Below, one piece after another: positions 61,201-64,000 of a stretch of DNA of 64,000 nt. How positions within the stretch are numbered: the stretch's first letter is position 1; each line of letters opens with the position of its first letter. Below the pieces are notes generated by a model. The model ran no database searches and was not told the DNA's origin. It saw nothing but the letters and a program-made list of their open reading frames with translations. Source of the DNA: Salinispira sp. (lineage in GTDB: Bacteria > Spirochaetota > Spirochaetia > DSM-27196 > Salinispiraceae); the NCBI GenBank assembly GCA_965226555.1, contig CBDDDG010000022.1, forward strand, positions 160,001 through 224,000. The letters are read 5' to 3'. The position numbers and the translations under genes were made by a program.

Positions 61201-61737
61201 CTCGATCAGCGTTATGATCGTCTGTCAAAACGCAGGGAAGTAATTGATGCGACACTGGAAGGAGTAGACAGGAATTTTCAGCAGCTTACTGATCTCGATA
61301 CTCGGATCGGCGGCATACATAAATCTATGGGCACAGTTTCCAATGAAATTGCAGTGTTGAAGGGAAGGTTAGATAGCTTATCGGTGAACAAGAAAGAGTC
61401 GGATATGGCTATGCGGAATCTTCAAAATCTTAACCAGCTCATGGAATCTGTTGAAACACGCGCCGGTGAAATGAATAAGGCTCGGGAATGGCTCGCGCGG
61501 ATAGAGACCCGTATGGAAGATATTACGCGGCAGGCCGACAAGCAGATGGAAATTCTCGGGGCGCTGACAAAGAAATCCCGATCCGATGGTAATGATGAAG
61601 GTCCTGCGCTGTCGGTCTCTGAGCGCGACATGGTGATAAAACTGAAGCATCAGGGGTGGAATGTCGAGGATATCGCAAAAACCTGCAAAATTTCCCGGGG
61701 GGAAGTTGAACTTATTCTGGAAATGACCCACGGCTGA
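58240..61737 (+). CDS. membrane-anchored giant coiled-coil protein with C-terminal HTH (spirochaete SpiroCoCo-like)
   Basis: TM helix then DRGNRSLEKVR; about 1050 aa of heptad-rich sequence; QTKLFDRAD, REWLARIETRME, GWNVEDIAK...SRGEVELILE. Confidence 0.8.
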   Translation: MVFALGDLLVLGVVLIVICIFRYIDRGNRSLEKVRNFVDRAGENLARIAEDKAQQLKDLAINVEIHQQSAMKAIEQIEISAEELGKRTSYIEEIQSRINQYDLALRQLVDMTNQAERNIKGIQDESAYVDTVGRRIKESRKHIESLEKSVSEIINDFSARNNQQLEKIRESVFKTGKETALELEQKVESAGNRAQKLLAAFQTDAENTQQRITGSVETAQTKIQEITETMQTDAADIQDTIQNLADTTIKSVDNSFSEYKRDFENVEISFREGLNRVAEKARKFEFESFEILQAELETKRANVSEQFKNKMDEQEQDFQEQFIDYTRKSKEQYEQISDSLKEHTEVHRRNLNELETEMQNSIEVLKANYTTKHEEIQVSISEKASGMEKRILGDLEQNLIDYEGSITHRLSRLDEVGKQLDGLEQVLQKNMEHVSAKLESEAQSVGERVRKKYDEDITRLRGDLDEISGHVTAQRNEIDTLREESRSNIIEQLEAFEREFFTDLQERRKNLDARLEKWTESFDGALEELRSDTEGERSLLEKKYLEDIGTGMDALRSGMTDRFSELQTDFQERESVIHENLNILTERINNGQSAVDEHLERARQQSMNTLNSRCQEIQNTIADRMKNMQDDMEGNLRNMDELILKQENEITVLQDGIRSDVSAWQNTIHQQLKTDKDDIESEMAAFRIRINDVLLAIKEEYNEEKTGILAEERTLKDKLFTQLADNKSSMEKEVDVFRAKFSDTLNSLQAEYNNEKNDIIAGAVEARKQLQSDIRNASEKLTALRSELEEKKETALERFNLDYTSFMQDFLKQKDDASREFSASIRDFREFVGATRKEFEGTQKRLIGGLTEEIKTVELNIREIEKKQKSFLQQTKLFDRADTLKQGLIEDINALRNEVNKFQSERKQIGEYENEFLRIQKLGKEAHEKMLHFSVEQRKLENVEESYKRIMALSGKLDKRLESVNLKHDNVQQMQLAIRNLSDLQKELDQRYDRLSKRREVIDATLEGVDRNFQQLTDLDTRIGGIHKSMGTVSNEIAVLKGRLDSLSVNKKESDMAMRNLQNLNQLMESVETRAGEMNKAREWLARIETRMEDITRQADKQMEILGALTKKSRSDGNDEGPALSVSERDMVIKLKHQGWNVEDIAKTCKISRGEVELILEMTHG

Positions 61738-61763
61738 TCAATGATACAAACACCTGCCATAAT

Positions 61764-62768
61764 TTATTCAGAGATAATGTGCTCCAATCCCTTAATTCCT
61801 TCTACTGTCTCTTGTATTAATTCTCCGTCATCATCAAGAAGCGGGAGATCAATAATCATTTTAAGCACCTGCGCAAATTTTACAGAAGTGAATACCCTCT
61901 GCTTTTCATCTTCGCTATATGTGCTATAATCATATCCTGATTCTTTAATCAGATTAGCAAGACTTTTGTTTGCCCGCCTCATTTTACCTGAAAATTTATC
62001 AAGAACAGAGTAGCAAAGATTCACAGCCTTATACATCTGTTTTAGTTTTTCTGCAATAACAGAACATTCTGCCTCAATTTTCTTTGCTTTTTCAAGGTTT
62101 GAATAGGCATCATAAAGTTTCTCTTGTGCCTTTGCTCCCAGAATAGTTCCGAATATCAGCAGGGCTGGTCCTGCTACAAGAATCCCAAGAACCATTGCGC
62201 CGCCTGCAATGCCAAATCCGCCAGCGGCAAGTGTTCCTCCGCCAAGCCAAGCAAGTGTTGCATTGCTTGCAGCAATTCCACCAAGCGCACTAATTGCAGT
62301 ACCTGTTCCCGCTGATGCAAGAAGCATTGTTCCGCTATATGCGCCAAAGGCAGCTAGCGCACCACCGCCCAAGCCAGCAATACCGCCGGAAACACCGAAA
62401 ATTATTTCCCCAACACCTGAAACTGTATTTGATATTTCTTTCAACTTACCTTCGGTAATGGTAATCAGGGATGGATCATCGTTTTTGCCGGAAGCAAACT
62501 CTACATTTTTGATTCGTCCGAAAGTATCAATAAATGTTCTCAGATGTGTATCAATTACAGTAAGTTTTTTCTCACCATACGATTTCAGAGAGTCATAGAG
62601 ATTTTGTTTTGTTTTTTCAAGATTCTCGTGAGCCTCATGTGCTATGCCTTGTGCATTTGAACTGATATTTTTTGCTTTCTTGGTATCGTTTGCTGCTTTT
62701 ACACCTTTTCCAGCTCCAATGGCCCCAAGACCTGCAATAATAATTGGTACTAATAATGGTAATGGCAT
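61764..62768 (-). CDS. glycine-zipper membrane/coiled-coil protein
   Basis: AGTGTAISALGGIAASNATLAWLGGGTLAAGGFGIAGG hydrophobic hairpin flanked by coiled coils. Confidence 0.75.
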   Translation of the reverse strand: MPLPLLVPIIIAGLGAIGAGKGVKAANDTKKAKNISSNAQGIAHEAHENLEKTKQNLYDSLKSYGEKKLTVIDTHLRTFIDTFGRIKNVEFASGKNDDPSLITITEGKLKEISNTVSGVGEIIFGVSGGIAGLGGGALAAFGAYSGTMLLASAGTGTAISALGGIAASNATLAWLGGGTLAAGGFGIAGGAMVLGILVAGPALLIFGTILGAKAQEKLYDAYSNLEKAKKIEAECSVIAEKLKQMYKAVNLCYSVLDKFSGKMRRANKSLANLIKESGYDYSTYSEDEKQRVFTSVKFAQVLKMIIDLPLLDDDGELIQETVEGIKGLEHIISE

Positions 62769-62776
62769 GAAAACTC

Positions 62777-63394
62777 CTAATTATTTACAATTTCAAGACC
62801 TGAGTTGTAGACTCCTTTCAGAGAATTTACAAAATCTTCCATTTCTTCAAGTTCATCCGAGTCAATATTGAATTTCTTTGCAATTGATTCGATCACAATT
62901 TTTTCAAGTGGTGCGTACTCATCATCTATGAGAGCAACGCTCAGCAATTCAATCATCATTGCTCTCGCCGATTGCGGTGTGATATCTTCAATGCTATTCC
63001 AGTCAATACCTTCTTCAATAAGTTTTTCAAGGACTTCAAGTCTGCGTTCTTCCTCCGAAAGACGTGAGAGTTTTGAAAGAACTGGATCAAGTTCATTGAT
63101 CAATTCCTTAAACTGATCAACTGAAACACGATGTGATGACCACTCAAGTTCTGTCATAAATCCGTTAATTATGGCTGTTTCTAACGCACTTAGTTTCCAG
63201 TTCTCATTGTCGAAAAATTTGATTTTATTCTGTGACCGGTTAAATAAACCGAAAACACCTGCTTTATCATCGTCACTGTCACTATCCTCATCACTGTCAC
63301 TATCCTCATCCTCAGTATTTGCGATAGCCACAATAACTGCCAGTTGAACAAACGCTTCTTTTTCTTCGTCTGTCGTTAAAAAATTTAAGAACAT
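62777..63394 (-). CDS. TerB-like acidic protein
   Basis: MFLNFLTTDEEKEAFVQLA...; ELLSVALIDDEYAPLEK.VI..IAKKF repeat half. Confidence 0.6.
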   Translation of the reverse strand: MFLNFLTTDEEKEAFVQLAVIVAIANTEDEDSDSDEDSDSDDDKAGVFGLFNRSQNKIKFFDNENWKLSALETAIINGFMTELEWSSHRVSVDQFKELINELDPVLSKLSRLSEEERRLEVLEKLIEEGIDWNSIEDITPQSARAMMIELLSVALIDDEYAPLEKIVIESIAKKFNIDSDELEEMEDFVNSLKGVYNSGLEIVNN

Positions 63395-63663
63395 AATCAC
63401 TCCCCTTAAATTAAAATTGTCTTGTCTGAATTCATTGCTTCGTCAAATTTGGAAAAGGTTTCGTAGTGAAGTTCTTTTCCAAGTCTGTCTGAAAACAGTT
63501 TAATTGATTCTTCAAGCAGAATGATATTACCATTTATAATTGCTGTTGTCAACTGTGCAAATGCATTCGATGGTATCTTATTCAACGGTTTCTACTTGAC
63601 ACTATTTGTGATTTCCATTACCGTTTATTCATCTTTTCTATTCATTCATGGAGGTAATATAGT

Positions 63664-64000
63664 ATGAAAAAAGATCAATTATTGTTTGACAAGTTCACGA
63701 AGAATGCAAAGCAGGAAGATATTTCCCGCATTGAGGAAAATCTTCCCGGTATGAACCGCGGTCCCATTAAGAAAATATGGGATCAGGTAAAGGCACTGTG
63801 GAATCTGCTTCAGGATCCGAATACCCCATGGGGCAAGAAGGCCATAATTATTGGGGCTCTTGTGTATCTCATTAGTCCCATTGATGCTGTCCCTGATCCT
63901 ATTCCTTTTTTTGGGCTACTGGATGATGTCGCAGTTATCGGGCTGGCTATTAAGTCGCTAAAAGACCTCATCGAAGGGGCCAAGCAAGCGGCCATTGAAA
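63664..64000 (+). CDS. YkvA/DUF1232-family protein, runs off the window
   Basis: GGAGGT RBS; translated by hand: PWGKKAIIIGALVYLISPIDAVPDPIPFFGLLDD. Confidence 0.85.
   Translation, partial: MKKDQLLFDKFTKNAKQEDISRIEENLPGMNRGPIKKIWDQVKALWNLLQDPNTPWGKKAIIIGALVYLISPIDAVPDPIPFFGLLDDVAVIGLAIKSLKDLIEGAKQAAIE

Noticed and set aside
58240..61737. SMC/Wadjet or tape-measure protein as part of the defence island
   Set aside because: No Walker motifs; the TM + coiled coil + HTH layout fits a conserved spirochaete chromosomal protein, and it is separated from the operon by about 290 bp.

Overview
A 64 kb bacterial chromosome window, most likely a spirochaete (inferred from the spirochaete-type giant coiled-coil gene, spirochaete-style lipoprotein signal peptides and the metG-femAB context), probably host-associated and undergoing gene erosion. 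The housekeeping backbone is metG, femAB-like, pepF, rdgB, a DHH phosphoesterase, tig-clpP-clpX-lon, tRNA-Gly and tRNA-Leu. Accessory content includes a pentose/xyloside ABC + GH43 locus whose xylB-xylA genes are collapsed to a scar, repeat-rich surface lipoproteins, IS3 and IS5 elements, McrBC, an Rpn nuclease with an internal small-protein start, and a TerB/glycine-zipper/DUF1232 cluster. The main candidate for a new system is a tightly coupled 15.5 kb BREX-like operon (42.5-57.9 kb). It has the type-4-like scaffold (DUF4007, large ATPase, PglZ, BrxL with a PLD-like tail), but an N6-adenine methyltransferase sits where the PAPS-reductase phosphorothioation gene would be, and a DUF488-DUF488-dual-OB module is nested inside. 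Other notable patterns are a dispersed 29 bp palindrome matching the IS5 ends, several microhomology-type deletion scars, and a poly-C tract controlling the frame of a lipoprotein gene. All family calls come from motif recognition by eye; no database searches were run.
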